A stretch of DNA of 64,000 nucleotides from the NCBI RefSeq assembly GCF_964204645.1, contig NC_134031.1, forward strand, positions 7,998,001 through 8,062,000, in the 5' to 3' direction. The notes beneath the pieces were generated by a model that worked only from the letters and a program-made list of their open reading frames with translations, did no database searches and was not told where the DNA came from. This document shows, piece by piece, positions 25,098-38,500 of this stretch; the stretch's first letter is position 1, and each line of letters starts with the position of its first letter. The DNA is from Tubulanus polymorphus (taxonomy: Eukaryota; Animalia; Nemertea). The position numbers were made by a program, and so were the translations under genes.

Positions 25098-25407
25098 ATG
25101 TTTACTAAAACTTTGATCGTGGCTTTGGCCATTTTCATGGTCCTCGGAGCCGCCAACGCAGCAGGTATTTTTTTATTAATTTTTTTAATAATCAAAATAG
25201 TTTCGTCTGATGTATAAAATTTTCGTACAGTTTTTAGATTTGCTAACGTGATCTTTTTGAATTACAGATGAAGTACATATTGCCAAGAGAGGTGTACCAT
25301 GTTTCTGCCCAGGTAGATTCGGTCTCGGTCAGGGAACCTACTGGCTGATTGGTGGACCTAGCAGCAACTGTTGCAGCTGGGGTATTGGAAAATGCTGCAA
25401 AAACTAA
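25098..25407 (+). CDS. Secreted six-Cys peptide B2 (protein identical to B1); exons 25098-25164, 25268-25407
   Basis: Same exon structure as B1. Only synonymous differences were seen (GGC/GGT, TAT/TAC). AATAAA at ~25437. Confidence 0.92.
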
Positions 25408-27266
25408 TACATTCCATGAATATGAATTGAATGCCTAATAAAAGAGTTGTGATCAGAATCGTTGTTTGAGTTGTAACGTCTTAAAATGATTTAACATATC
25501 TTTCGCATCGGTAGGTTGCATATTTTTGGATCAATTGTAGTGTTCGACGAGAGACCAGAAACGAAATTCAGTATAACAACGATCAGCTTGACCTTACCAA
25601 TGCCTCCCGACTTACTCTCACACGTATATTAATACATTGCTGCAAATATGACGGTCACCGAATATATTTTAATAACAAATATATATAGCATTGAATACAC
25701 AAATACAGCAGAGTTCAATGGCCAGTTCAGTCCCACTTCATAGTACCACATCCCGACATAATAATACCGAATTGTCGTCCGATTGCTCCGTCGTTACTGG
25801 ACGTGTTTTATCGCTTAGGCATGGTTTCCATTGAAAGTGTATTTTTGGATTTATGCGGTGGGCCAGTTACCAAATTTTCGTAGTTTCTCCTACTGTTCAC
25901 AAAGTGCGCATGGGTCTACTGGCATAGCCACTGACTTGAGACCCTCGGGCACAGGTCAAGTCGGTCCCGAGATCCAATATGGTCTCTATGGGCCCAAGTG
26001 ATCACACCACTTAATGGGCCACTTTAATATGCTCCTATTCAATTCATGTGCAATGAATTAATAACTCGGATTTCTACGTTTAAAAATCGCCCGTGGTTTC
26101 CACGGGCTTTCCTTTAGTAATAGAAATGATTTCCCATTTTTACTGTCAATGATTCACTATAGATTTCTATTTTTCAATCAAAGACAACTATAAAACGGAA
26201 AAATATAAGATATATCATACAAACCTTAAAAGATGATTATTTTGGTTTCACAGACATTTTGAGGATGAAAACGAACGAAAAGATACGAATACAAATTCAC
26301 ATATCACTTGTTTTGCTGAAAATCGTAATTTCTCAAGATTTGATAGTCTCCTACTATTTTTGAATGAATGGTCAAGTCTGTAATACTAAGTTAAACATGA
26401 AAATATCAGCAGATTGATAAATTATCGGCATTTTGCTGAAACAATAGACGAATGATAAATCTCATTTCTTCCCACTTGTATTTACCTTGAGAGCGTACGA
26501 CTGTCTCAAATCCAACTTGGTGACAAATTGGGGAATTATTTTTACTCACGAAAATGTTTTAAAGGTGATTACTTTTTTCATAATGAAATTATTTTTAGAT
26601 GCTAATGCGATTTATTCATCACGGAGGAATTGTTTTTGCATTTATTGCTGGAACTTCTTTATGACGTAATCTTTTTTGACTTGCAAATATATTTTGCTGG
26701 AAATATCTTTTATGACGAAATGACGAAAAAATCAAGAAATATTTGTATGACCCTTATACAGCCTCCATACATGTAATATCACATACTGTATTGGCGATAA
26801 TGCCGCCAAGTCGCTTCCTTAAACAATATCGTTTGTTTTATCACCTCGCAAATACTGGTTTTCGGATACGTATAAATGGCAAACCTAAACCATTTTCACT
26901 TACTTAGATTTAAAATGCCTTAATGGATTTCTGCATTCCACTTGATAAAGCAAAGTAACTCATCGAGGCTATGGGCTGTATTATAACGTATTGTAAAATG
27001 ATTCATAATTTTGCTTCTTGGAAGAAAACGGTTGCTCGATTATGAGCTTCTTTCTAAAAGCCTCCAACATAATCAATCATTTAATACGTGAGTTCGATGA
27101 AAAGTCATGCGAAGCAACATATGACCGGATACCGTTTTCTATTCGCAAACACTTTCAGGAACGTGTTTATCATGGATAACAAGATAAATTGTGTTCACCA
27201 AATTGAGGGCTATCGTTGCGTTACGAGGAATCGGTCATATGCTGAGCTCGAAGTAGAATCGAAAAT

Positions 27267-28045
27267 ATGACAGTACTGCATAGAAAAGAAGTGACCGTAA
27301 TATTGGTCGTTATAGGTAGGAAATATGGAGTAATGGCTCCATGCTTTCTCTCACGATTCGTTTATCTTTTTCATAATTTAATCTTTTTTAAATTCTTTTA
27401 ATAATTATATTTCAGCACTGGGACTGGGTAACTGTGGTCCCAGACCGTATCGGGACGAAGAACGTACGTGTGAAGGGTTTTGTGCCGTTGATGAGTTTAG
27501 AAACATCAAATCCTGTCCAAAGGCGTGTCTATGGATGCTCAAGTGTCACAGAGAGAAGTGTGAATCAAAAGGTTCTAGGAGAAAATTGGTTTGTCAAGGT
27601 AGATGTCTGGCGGCTTTTGCGAAGAAAACTGGATTTGATGCTGCAGGAGGTACGTAGGTATCGGTAGGAAGTTTGAGACATTGCCCAAGTCGTGATATAT
27701 ACCCTGGCACCATCATTATGTTTGGTGACATCCAAATGGTAATGCGAACTGAATGTATCGAAATACAAAATACACGTAAATGCGACTATCCCGATGAAGA
27801 ATTAAGCCAGGTTGACGGTTTCAAATCTTAAAAAACTACCTAAGAATGGAAACGTTGATAATCACGATGCAATCAATACTAACAGACAGCGTAAATTATG
27901 ATATTAAACATCATCCTTGTATAGTAGCTGGCATGAGTTATTGGAATCAATGTTTTTTACAAGTAGCACATACTTATATTTTGTAGATCTTCTCTTGTCG
28001 ACGCCCGATGTAGGTGGTAATGCAATTTCCCAAATGTTTTTTTGA
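27267..28045 (+). CDS. Secreted eight-Cys (CxxxC ladder) peptide precursor, ~113 aa; exons 27267-27315, 27416-27649, 27987-28045 (or a 96-aa form ending at TAG 27657)
   Basis: MTVLHRKEVTVILVVIALGLGNC-GPRPYRDEERTCEGFCAVDEFRNIKSCPKACLWMLKCHREKCESKGSRRKLVCQGRCLAAFAKK-TGFDAAGDLLLSTPDVGGNAISQMFF*. Both introns are GT-AG and phase 1, with pyrimidine tracts. AATAAA at 28095-28100. Confidence 0.75.
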
Positions 28046-29149
28046 CCTTCACCCCGCGTGGTTATTTGCCAGGAACAGGTTCATACCGCTGCGTAATAAA
28101 AGAAATATAGATAACTACTTTTGTGTTAATTAAATTCCAACAGCAACTTTAAGACGCAAGGTTTGTTATTTTTATAGGATATATGATTATCGCAATTAGC
28201 TACTGTCAGTTAACAACTGTATACTTAATACTTATATAACCTACCCGTCTATTGGTACCAAATACGTATGTTGCTACTGGCCCATAGATAAAACGTGGTA
28301 GTCTCAATATTTAACGCCAATTGCCGTTCAAAATGATGTATTGGGCCTATATCGACACCCATTGAACAGGACCACGACGACATGACCTGTCTTAACACGA
28401 ATGATGGAACCCAGATAAACAGCTCGAACGATATCGAAGTAAGTCAAGTCAAATGCTGTCGATTCAATTTTCCTGGGCCGGCTGTGAAGGAAACATCAGG
28501 AACGATAAAAAGAATTTAAAAGCAAGAAATCAAGGATCTGTTTGGCCCAAGTAGGATATAGGTGAGTATAGCGCATGGCGCTGACGCACATCCCTTCTAA
28601 TTTTGTTATCTGATGTCGTTGACTACATCGACTTAATGAGAAACAGAAATTGACTACACACGACAACGTGCACATCATGTAAATAGAGGTACCGCAGAAA
28701 CTCCGTCTGAATGCGTAGGTCTTCATTAAGAACTGCCTGTGTAATTTGTCAACGTATCCTGCCACATTCGACGTCTACTACTACGTACATGTTATTGTTA
28801 CCTCAAACTTTAATGCAGATAAAAGTTGACGACCCATCTTGTACACGTAGATTCACTGCATGTATAGCCGTCGCACTTATAAACACACTAAAGATCTGAC
28901 ACCGATTCGAAATGTAGCACAATTTTGTGTATGTAAATTCAACTTAACCTCTCTTAAAAATACCCCTCTAACATAGCTTATCATCGGTAAAACACAGTAA
29001 TGAAGTTTAATACAGGATAAAACGACAAAAAGCTATCAAATTAATCAAAATGAAAAAAAGAAAAAATGGATTGGCATATCAATAAACTACATATTATTGG
29101 AGAAATACGTATAAAGTGAACATACAGAATAAGATACTAGAAATGGTAG

Positions 29150-29340
29150 ATTATAAATGTATTGCCTATTAAGGATACAATAATTTCGCAGATGCGGCCA
29201 AGAAATGCATTGTGGATATATGAATGAGCGGAACAGACAAGGAGAAAATGTCTTTCATCTTCAATTTGATTACAAAGGAACAGGTCCTCACTGCGATAGG
29301 GGTTCGGAGTTACAAGATGGCCAGCACTATGAAATGCGTA
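29150..29340 (-). mobile_element. LINE (L2/Crack/Daphne-like) 3' fragment
   Basis: Contains the C-terminal zinc-knuckle motif LCNQIEDERHFLLVC. Confidence 0.6.
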
Positions 29341-32300
29341 AGGCCGAAATAATGTGCGTTCGATTATTAGCTCCAATAGATAATCTCTAGTTGATCGAGA
29401 TCCGGCCATTCTCGCCGATCTAAATGCGACGCCTATGGCGCGGTGCTCTTGTGTGACCATATCAACCAAGACATCCTGAAAACATATCAATTCATTTTCA
29501 ACTTGACCATCCGGTAGAAAGAAATCTTATCCTTTAAATGTGGGTCCGTGAAAATCATTAACGATTCATATTTTTCTGTGTGAACATTTTGGGTCCATTT
29601 TCCGCAACGACGTAGCTTAGCGAAAATGCATGTATAATTGACGATAGGGGATAGATACTTCATCTATATACTACATTTCTATAAAGTTGAGAGGTTTTCT
29701 CAATTGGGGGTTCAAAAATTGTTTCATTTGAGGGTTCAAGATGATAAATTTCACGGATAAATTATAAAAACCCGGCCCAAAATAAGACGTAATTTCTGAT
29801 TAGCTAATAATGACATCACCTGAGCCGCGCAAACGGGCAAATCAAGCAGGATTTTGAGCCGTGGCTGTCTAGATACCAGGTTCGAATACCTGGCGAGGGA
29901 CGGAGAGTTAACCGTTTTATTACGTCACTTCTGGGTCGAATGGCGATGCCCGTTCGTGAATTTGGTACCAATTGCTGCGGAATCATTCCTCAGTAATACG
30001 CTGTAGCGCAGTACAGACCCGAGACTCGTTTGATGGGTGTTTTTTTAATTTTGGGTCTTTCGTAAGAAAAGAACCTACTCGGTCCAGATTGATTGGTCGT
30101 TGTAACTCCTATCTCTGGACATCTCCAGCGTTCCGAACGCTACTGTACATGCCGTTGCAGGGTAAAACGCTATCTATTCACGTACACAGGTTTGCGATGC
30201 GAGTTTCAACTTTTTTTTCGGGAGGAACCGTCATATTTACGTTCAGTTCTATCTGCCTGGACTTTTTCTCACGAAACAAAACTGTTGCAGTAGATCTGAT
30301 AGTTCTCACCAGTATTCAAAATCTCAAACTTTAAGTTGGTCAAAAGGGAGCTTCAAATGTATAGGTCTGACAGGTCCTCTATACGGACGGCCCTTGCTTT
30401 GAATATAGTTCTTGGCTTTTCCAAAATCCCCTGGTGAAGAATTTCTACTGACACCTTTGACCGGGCAGTCCGATTTGTCAAGTCGGAATGTTGCATCAGG
30501 TATAAGATTAAACAAAACTGTTTTAGAAAGCTACAAGATGAGGTTTGACATTGTATTTAAAAATCTCGTAATTCGATAGTAAACCATCATACATATGACA
30601 AACATCGACAATTTTCTCCAATTTTGAATCCAAATAAGCTAAATGACCATACACAAAAGTTTTTTCATAACTTTTTCCATGATTGTCAATTGAGGATCGA
30701 TGAATTGTTACCATCCCCGATGCGCATAATTATGTATGTTATTTTATGTAATATTATGTAATCTTTTATGTTATCTTATGTAAGTTTATTTTACCATAAT
30801 TTCGTTAAAAAATTCACTAATCCTCAAATTTGATTAAAATTCCATGACTTCGAAATTTGTAAAAGGGAGGTAATGTATTTTGGAAGCCATCATTACCACA
30901 TGAGATACAAATGTTCTTATTTTTGTTTTGGGAAACAAATTATAATATCATCTTCGTCTTGAAGATTTTATACGATGCGATTCGAGGTTTCTGAATCAAG
31001 CCGTTTCAATTTTTTGAAAACACGGGGTCGGTATCATCAACACTTTTTCAATCGATCTTATGTTCGGCGCGTAATGAACCGATTGTCAGAATCAATTTCC
31101 CCGTGATTCTGATTAAGACGTTAATTGAATTGAGGAAGCATTCAGCTTCTTCACAGTCAAATTGTCGGTGTGGTTGATGCCCACCTCTTACTATCCATCT
31201 GAACGCGTTCATATGCGAGATGGAGAAGATCACATGATAGATATATATATTAAACACAAAACTGGGCAGTGGCATAGCTTATTATGTTTGAAACACTAGT
31301 CATCGATTCAAATTCGAATTTAACTTAAACTAAAACCCATAAAGTTATGAATATCTATATATCTAGTAATTACACTATGGTCTTTTTCAATTACGTGTAG
31401 CACGGATCCGGCGGCCAGAATTCTGCAACAATCGTCAAATTAGAGATGTTGTCAGTCCTCCTTGGTGTTTTCATCAGAATTTGCTCATTTTAATTTCAAT
31501 CTCGTTATTTATGCAAGAAAAGTTAGATTCCGTTCATTTCTCCAATTTTTCAAATCACAGCTACAAAAAAACATTATTTTTATTTTCTTTCCTGTTCTTC
31601 CTGTTTCTTGCTTTTAGACGCATAGATTTTTTGTTTTGATTCTTTTCCCTACGCCCTCCCATTTTCTTTGAAAAAATCCGCGCTCCAAGAAATTAGAAAA
31701 AGGCCAGTCTGCAGCTTTAATTACTAGTCACTTCACTGTTAGCACCAATTGAAACAATGGTTTTTCTCCGCATAATTTTCTTCTTTCAAAGCATATTACT
31801 TTTTGCCTCGATAACCGCCAATCATCTACCATCCTCCCCCGGCAGGGATTCGAACCTGATGGCATCGAGATTGCCACGGCACGAAACCCTGCCATAATCG
31901 ACCGTGTGCGCAGATACATGCGCAGTTCAGATGATGTGATTTTTAGCCAATCAGAAATCCCGTTTTATTTTAGCCCGGGTTTTCCCATTTATAGTTCTTC
32001 CTTGAAATTTGCCTCAACGATTATACAACGAGCAATCTGATTGGTGCCGCCAGTTTTCGTTCGGAAAACTGCGCACCCGGTCTACTGATGCAGGGGTTCG
32101 TGTCGTGGCTGAGTGTAGCGATGCCATCAGGTTCGAGTCCCTGCAGAGGGAGGATGATCATCTACCCACTCAGAAATTTACTTAACTTGACCTACCCTGT
32201 TTACAAATCCCCTGTTTTTAGTTATTCATACACACCAGTTCGAAAAGGTTTGTCCTCCATTTTTTTCATTTTTAGTCTTTGAATAATAAATCTTGCTTTT

Positions 32301-32578
32301 AAATTTGTACAGATATCATACGCAATTATGTATATATACATACGTGGAGATGAAGCACAATAGATAATTTGCGGCTGAGTTGATTCTAAATGATTCATGA
32401 GAATATTACTATTAGCAGAAATTACATGTCTAGCAACCGATGTGAAAATCGAGGTTGTCACATCGTTTATGCAAGTTTCTTTATGTACATGTACAATGAT
32501 GAATTCTATAAAAGATACTACACAAAATTTAATGTTTTTTTTCAATGATTCAAAGTTCAGTTAATTGTGCGATAAGTT

Positions 32579-35500
32579 CTAAATTTTCGCTTCCTTTTCA
32601 TTCGAGTTTTCTTCGTTGTAAACGGAAAGCGGTTTCCTACGAGGCGTTTTCTGAAAATATAAAATGAAAGTACAGTCGTTTTACATCCCGATGTGAGTCG
32701 AATAGATCTTACGGGCTTAAACAATGAGTGAATAGCCAGTTACATTTCCATAGACCACTTTCTACAATCATAAGCTGTTTCATGTACTAGCAATATTCTA
32801 TAAGTATAAATCTTTAGGATATCTTTAAAATTGCAAAAATAGCGTTCCTGCCGCCATATAGATATTTCCTGTTCTGTAGTGCATTATTGTCGAGTTCCTG
32901 TGTTTCATAACGAACCTGCCCACGTAGTTTGTAGTAGACGATTTCAAATACAGCTATCGTTACCGACAGAATCAACCCAGACAATAATAATATAAGAGGA
33001 CCACCAAACACATCAAGGGGAACAGGCACCTGAAGATAGAAATGTAATTCTCAGTGACAATGTACGTATATACATTTCTAATAGAACTGTTTAGAAGACA
33101 ATTGCTTAAATTGTTTGAAATATCGAATAATCTTGTGATACAGGATATATTTTGATGATCGTGGCTCAAACGGGCTATGTAGACATGTTGAGGTGGGTAC
33201 TATCTCCGTGTGAGCCTTTTCTGTACAACCATTTACCCAAAATTCGAGCTCAAACCTAAACATTAATCGGATTAATGTTTAACACTTTCAACTTTCCAGA
33301 CGACAAAGCAATGTGCAAATGGAGCTACGCTGGCAACCAATCGACCGATGAAAATGTTTATAATTTGAATGAACACAAGGAGGGTTCAGAGATGATGGAT
33401 TGAAATGAAAAGTGGGAGGGAGTTCAAATGTGGATGTTTTGATCAAAAATAGACTACGGTGTTACAAAATAACTGAAATATCATACTACGGTCGGAACAT
33501 GAGACATGAGGTAATGTCTTTTTGTATGAATCGCGTTCGATACACGTCTGCACGCCTACCGGCCGAGGGATGAAAATCATAACATAGTCAACATAGAAGT
33601 AGCCTTTTTAACGAATTTATTGCACGAAAATGGCAATGCTTACCGCAAACAGCGGCTTTCGTTTCTCTGGTGATTTTGATTTTGCAGAGTCTGCAACTGG
33701 CATTATTTTGGTGTCCGCGCACGGTTGACCTGCATGCCACCATTTATCATGTAGTCGTTCGAGTTCTCCACTCGCTTTAACCGCCCGGATCGCCTTATTG
33801 AACAGAGCCACATAAGGTGACCCTTGTTTGAAGGCGATGGCATGATTGCGCGGCTGAATGATTCCTCCAACCTGCAATTTTTAATGGTAACAAGTTTTCA
33901 ATGAGATATTTTACAGATGCGGACCGTTTAACAAGAACAACAGTCAATTTACCTCTACTAGACTGCAATCTGGATCTCTTGCTACGCTGTAATCGATGTA
34001 GCTAGATTCCCCAATAAATGCGTATCCACCTTGTTTTACCTTACTGACTGCTTCGTGGGCATTGTTGACGAAATTGGATTTTCCATCGGCGATGATTTTC
34101 ATATATGCCTTGAAATTAATGCTATCCTTGTCCGGAGAATTTTTGAAAAACGATATGGTCGAACCACCATAAATCGTACCGATCCTAATAAAGTAAAACA
34201 TTCGATGCTTAGAAAAATAATGGTTAACCGTAGCTGTTTTTGCCTGGTTTCACTTCAAAAATACGGTATTTTATTATGTATTCTTTTCTCTGAGAGCCAT
34301 CAGCATCAATATCATATATGATTAAACCATTATATCCAATCAGCTTTGCTCCCATTTTTTGAAATTTATTGATTTTAAATTAAACTAGACCGGGAAGAAA
34401 ATGGCAGGTTTGAAAAAAGCCTGCTAATTTGATCTACCCAATTTTTGGGTTACATATGTGTTCATCTAGTCAGGTTACAATTTTTATCTATTAGCTCTTC
34501 TACATGAAGCAAGTCGACGAAGTGTGTATGTTATCAGATTAAAAGTTGATGGGTATTATCAAGTTTTCAAGATGATAAAACCAATGATTAGATCAGAAAT
34601 CGATTGGAGATTTAGATTCGTTGATCACTGCAACCCGGATGGATGAACCGCATAGTATTGAGAAAACTAAATCACTTCAAGTCATCCTTGGTAACATTTA
34701 TACAAATGAACATTTTAATAACTTTTACAATTTAGCTGCGTGGTTTCACTTGCTTGATATCATTTTCGTGAACGAGGTCCTCCAGCTTTGTGAATGATGC
34801 CTCTTGCGATACGTTTGAGAAGAAATAGACGAGACCGGCGAGATACGTAGCTATGGTCACAAGAACGAAAAAAAACCAAAACGCAGCTGCTGTACGCGAT
34901 GCTATTGACAGCGGGGATCTATAGAAACCTGTTAAAAAAAGACGATATACAAAGATAAGAAGGTCCCTGTCGGCTTATCACATCCTCGCTTGCCAGGTTT
35001 TGATTGCCACCCGCTGGTGACTGGTGGCGCTGAGCGGGAACCCGTCCGCCCAAGGAATCGTGGGCGATGTAATAACCAATGAGGGTTTGCGGCCAGAGTT
35101 TGTGTTGGCGTGAGCTCCAGCTGCGGGCGGCAGGCAAACCCTGGTAAGGCGAGAATGGCTTATCAGGGAATGAGCCTAGTATCATAAAGTTCTTAACATT
35201 TCGAATTGTTGTTGTACTTTACCTTGTAAAAACATGGTACTAATCGCAAACCATAGACTATCCTTGATGGCTTTGCCAGGATTGGTTTTATCCTCTACTT
35301 CTCCTCGTCTGGATCTGGCACGATATTCGTATGGATGAAAGTAGTTGAATGCTGTTAGAAGGGCGGCCACCTTTAAGTGAAAGGACTAATCAAACCAGCT
35401 GTTCCTCGTGTTAGAAAGTGTGACATTAATTCTTTAATAGTAATTATAAATAGTAATAATAGTAATAATGATTATTATTCTAATTTTCATACCGCGTTTC

Positions 35501-38500
35501 AAAGCCTGTTTACAATAATGGATAATATTTGAAACACTGAATACAAAAGGATGTTATCTTCTTTCATTTTATGAACTTACTAAAAGAAAAGACACTAAGA
35601 TAAGCAGCCATGATCCTACAGTGAACGGAGAAAGGAAATATGCTAAGCCTTTCACCCCTGATCCGTACGGGTTGATGTCTTTTTTATTGGCCATTATCGT
35701 TACTCCGTTTTCCATGATCGTGTCACTGAAATCTACAACTTTTTTACGTAGGTCAGTCACAGTCAATGCAGCCGCAGCCAAATCAGCTTTCTATAAGACA
35801 ATGTCAAAATTAATTCAAGATGCATGTTATTACAAAATAATGTTTTCTCTCACGAGAACCCAAAAAGTTTCTGTTTTCTCGAGCGAGATATGTTGATACA
35901 TCTGATATGTTTAGCCCTTCTCAAAGTACAACCATCAATAATTTCAAGGAAAAATGGAACACCATTCGGAAGCTACAGATTTCGGAATGACCTTTTTAGC
36001 ACTAAAATGGTCACATGACGGCCATCTTGTGTCAGATGGACCACATTTTTCTCGTGCTAATTCGCCATGGGGGATACAAAAATATGTGAAAGAGCAAGAT
36101 AACTGATAATTAAAGCGTTTTAAAAATTTCCCTTGAAAACGTCACAAATGTATAAAAAGTGCAGATTTTGGGAAAGAGCAATGGCTGCCAGTTGGCCATT
36201 TTGATTCTGATCGGGCAAGTTTTTGATGGGCAGAAGATGTATCTAGGGTAGATACCATGTATAAACCAAAGATCAAGACAATCCATTGAAGCGTCTTCAA
36301 AACTTCCCAGAATAACTGGATTCCGTCTACGGACACACGAATGGACGACGGACAAAAGGTGAACGCAATAGCCCGCTGGGACTGAATTACCAAGTGGGCT
36401 AAAAGATTTTGATTTTTGACGAGATACGTATGTCTCGTCAAAAAATGGAGATAAAATTATTCTTATTGCTAATTCGGAGTTTCTGACCAGTTATTTCTCA
36501 CCATAAGCTCCTGAATTTCTGTTTTTAATTCACAAATCAGATATAAATCTATTTACCTCATGCCCCGGACGCAAGATATTAATATATTTTTGTAATGACA
36601 CTGCTGTTCAACAGAAATACAGACGTTTTACTATTTTGCCACCTATCGCACGGAATATGAACTAATTTAATGGGTAATTGATTGCTTTTTTACGTTTTTT
36701 TTAAACCCTCAACCTAGCGCCACGCAGGGCATTATAAGCGGGTTCGATGTTTCTTTTTTCCCAATGGGGGAGAGACCAGAGAAGAACCTTCGGCCAAGAA
36801 ACTCTATCGCCACCAGGGTTTGAACCCATAAACCCTGGAATGACGAGACCAGTGATCGGCGGCTTAAACCACTCAGCCACTGCGAATCTCTGCTTTTTTA
36901 CATAGGGTACCATGTTTTTTACATAGGGTACCATGCCGCCCACGCCTCCGCTTCAAGGACTCACTCAAGCGTCAACTCAAAGCCAGTGGTATGGACACTG
37001 AGACATGGGAACGTTCTGCCCAGGACAGATTGCTCTGGCGCACCCACTGTCATAATGCTGTCGTATCCTTCGAAGCCGAACGCATCAACAAGCTCAAGGA
37101 CAAACGCAAAGCTAGAAAGGCTGCTGCTCATTCATCATAGCGATGAGAGATTCCAACAACAACAACAACAACCATGTTTAATAGAATAAATGGCTGCATC
37201 CGTAATGTATTAATTGAAATCTTTTTCTATATATTGTAGGAGGCACGACCTAAGAACTTTTTCATTATTTGAAAAATAAACCACTGCAATATGTTAAATG
37301 TCTTCTGACTTTGAAATACAACGAAGACATTTCTATGAAAATAAATTTTGAGATTTGATCTAGGGCCCCACACTCTTCCGTGACCGATACCCTACTCAAG
37401 CATTCGTAGCGACCACAACTCACTGAATTCGAGACATGCCGTTCTCATTTTCCTTGCTATTGTTTTATTTCTAGACGGCACTACCAGAGAACCAGAGGAC
37501 GCACGAAGTCAAATTATACATATTGATGCGTACGTATCCCCGAGGACTACACAAAGGTCGCTTAAGGAAACTCCTGTTATATTTTTAGAGCAAGCGCCAA
37601 AACCCTCATTTTTCCACATACTGCTCCCCAGCGTCAAAAAGGTTGGCCCTAAAAAGGTATCACCGGTGACAAAAATTAACTTCAAGTTGTTAACTACAAC
37701 TGTCCCACTGACGTCAAGCTGAACTCAAAAACTAATAGACGTTCGCACCTAAAATTGTAAAACATAAATAAGATTCCCCTGATCTTATTCAGATATTTCC
37801 ACATGTCATTTGTGACATTTAAGGACCTGAAAACTTCCTAAAGAATTTCATGAAAATCCGTCGATCGGAGAAATTGATATTTTCTAAGATTCTCGTGTGG
37901 AAGAAAACGAAGGGAATAACAATTGAGCTTCCACAGAAACGTAGAAACTCTAACTCTGATTAAGTTGATACATGTAGTATCGTTACTTTTCGTATTTAAA
38001 ACTCTGTCCTATTCGTGGACTAGATAGTCATGACATTGAATCGTATCAGCGAATGAAATGCTAAAAGCATTTAGGTTAAATGTTAACCCAGCAAAAAATG
38101 TATAATCACCATATCATTGACTTCTCCTATCATTCCATTCCAGTTACCGTGATCTAAAAATATATTTTGATATATGTATGCAGACCTGCTTCCACTATTT
38201 TATGCATTTAAACGATATGGGTTTGCTCATTTTGTTTTTAAGTTAAATTTTTGAGTTATACCCTACCATCACGGCTGCCATATCTATCATCTTTAACCGT
38301 TGTCATGATGTATCTGAATTTGCCTTCTTTGGCAAGAGCTTCCATTAGATCTACGATGAATCCTTCGTACCTACGGTTACCATTATAGTTCAGATACCCG
38401 TCTCTCATCTTCAGAAAAGGCGTTTCCTAACCAAAAATGATTTATTGAACGATTCACATTGTTTGTGGTGTATGTATCAATGGCGTGCTCATAATATACT

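Larger units (their letters stand above)
18492..25747 (+). repeat. Direct segmental duplication, 18492-20860 vs 23381-25747 (offset ~4.88 kb); 13820-16900 also repeats 20840-23372
   Basis: Long stretches are nearly letter-identical upstream of B1 and B2. The B1 and B2 ATGs are 4884 bp apart. Confidence 0.95.

Noticed and set aside
29780-32165. tRNA-like GGTTCGA(A/G)T(A/C)CC segments at ~29880, ~31850 and ~32130
   Set aside because: They have a B-box but no cloverleaf I could fold, so they are treated as SINE-like repeats and not tRNA genes.
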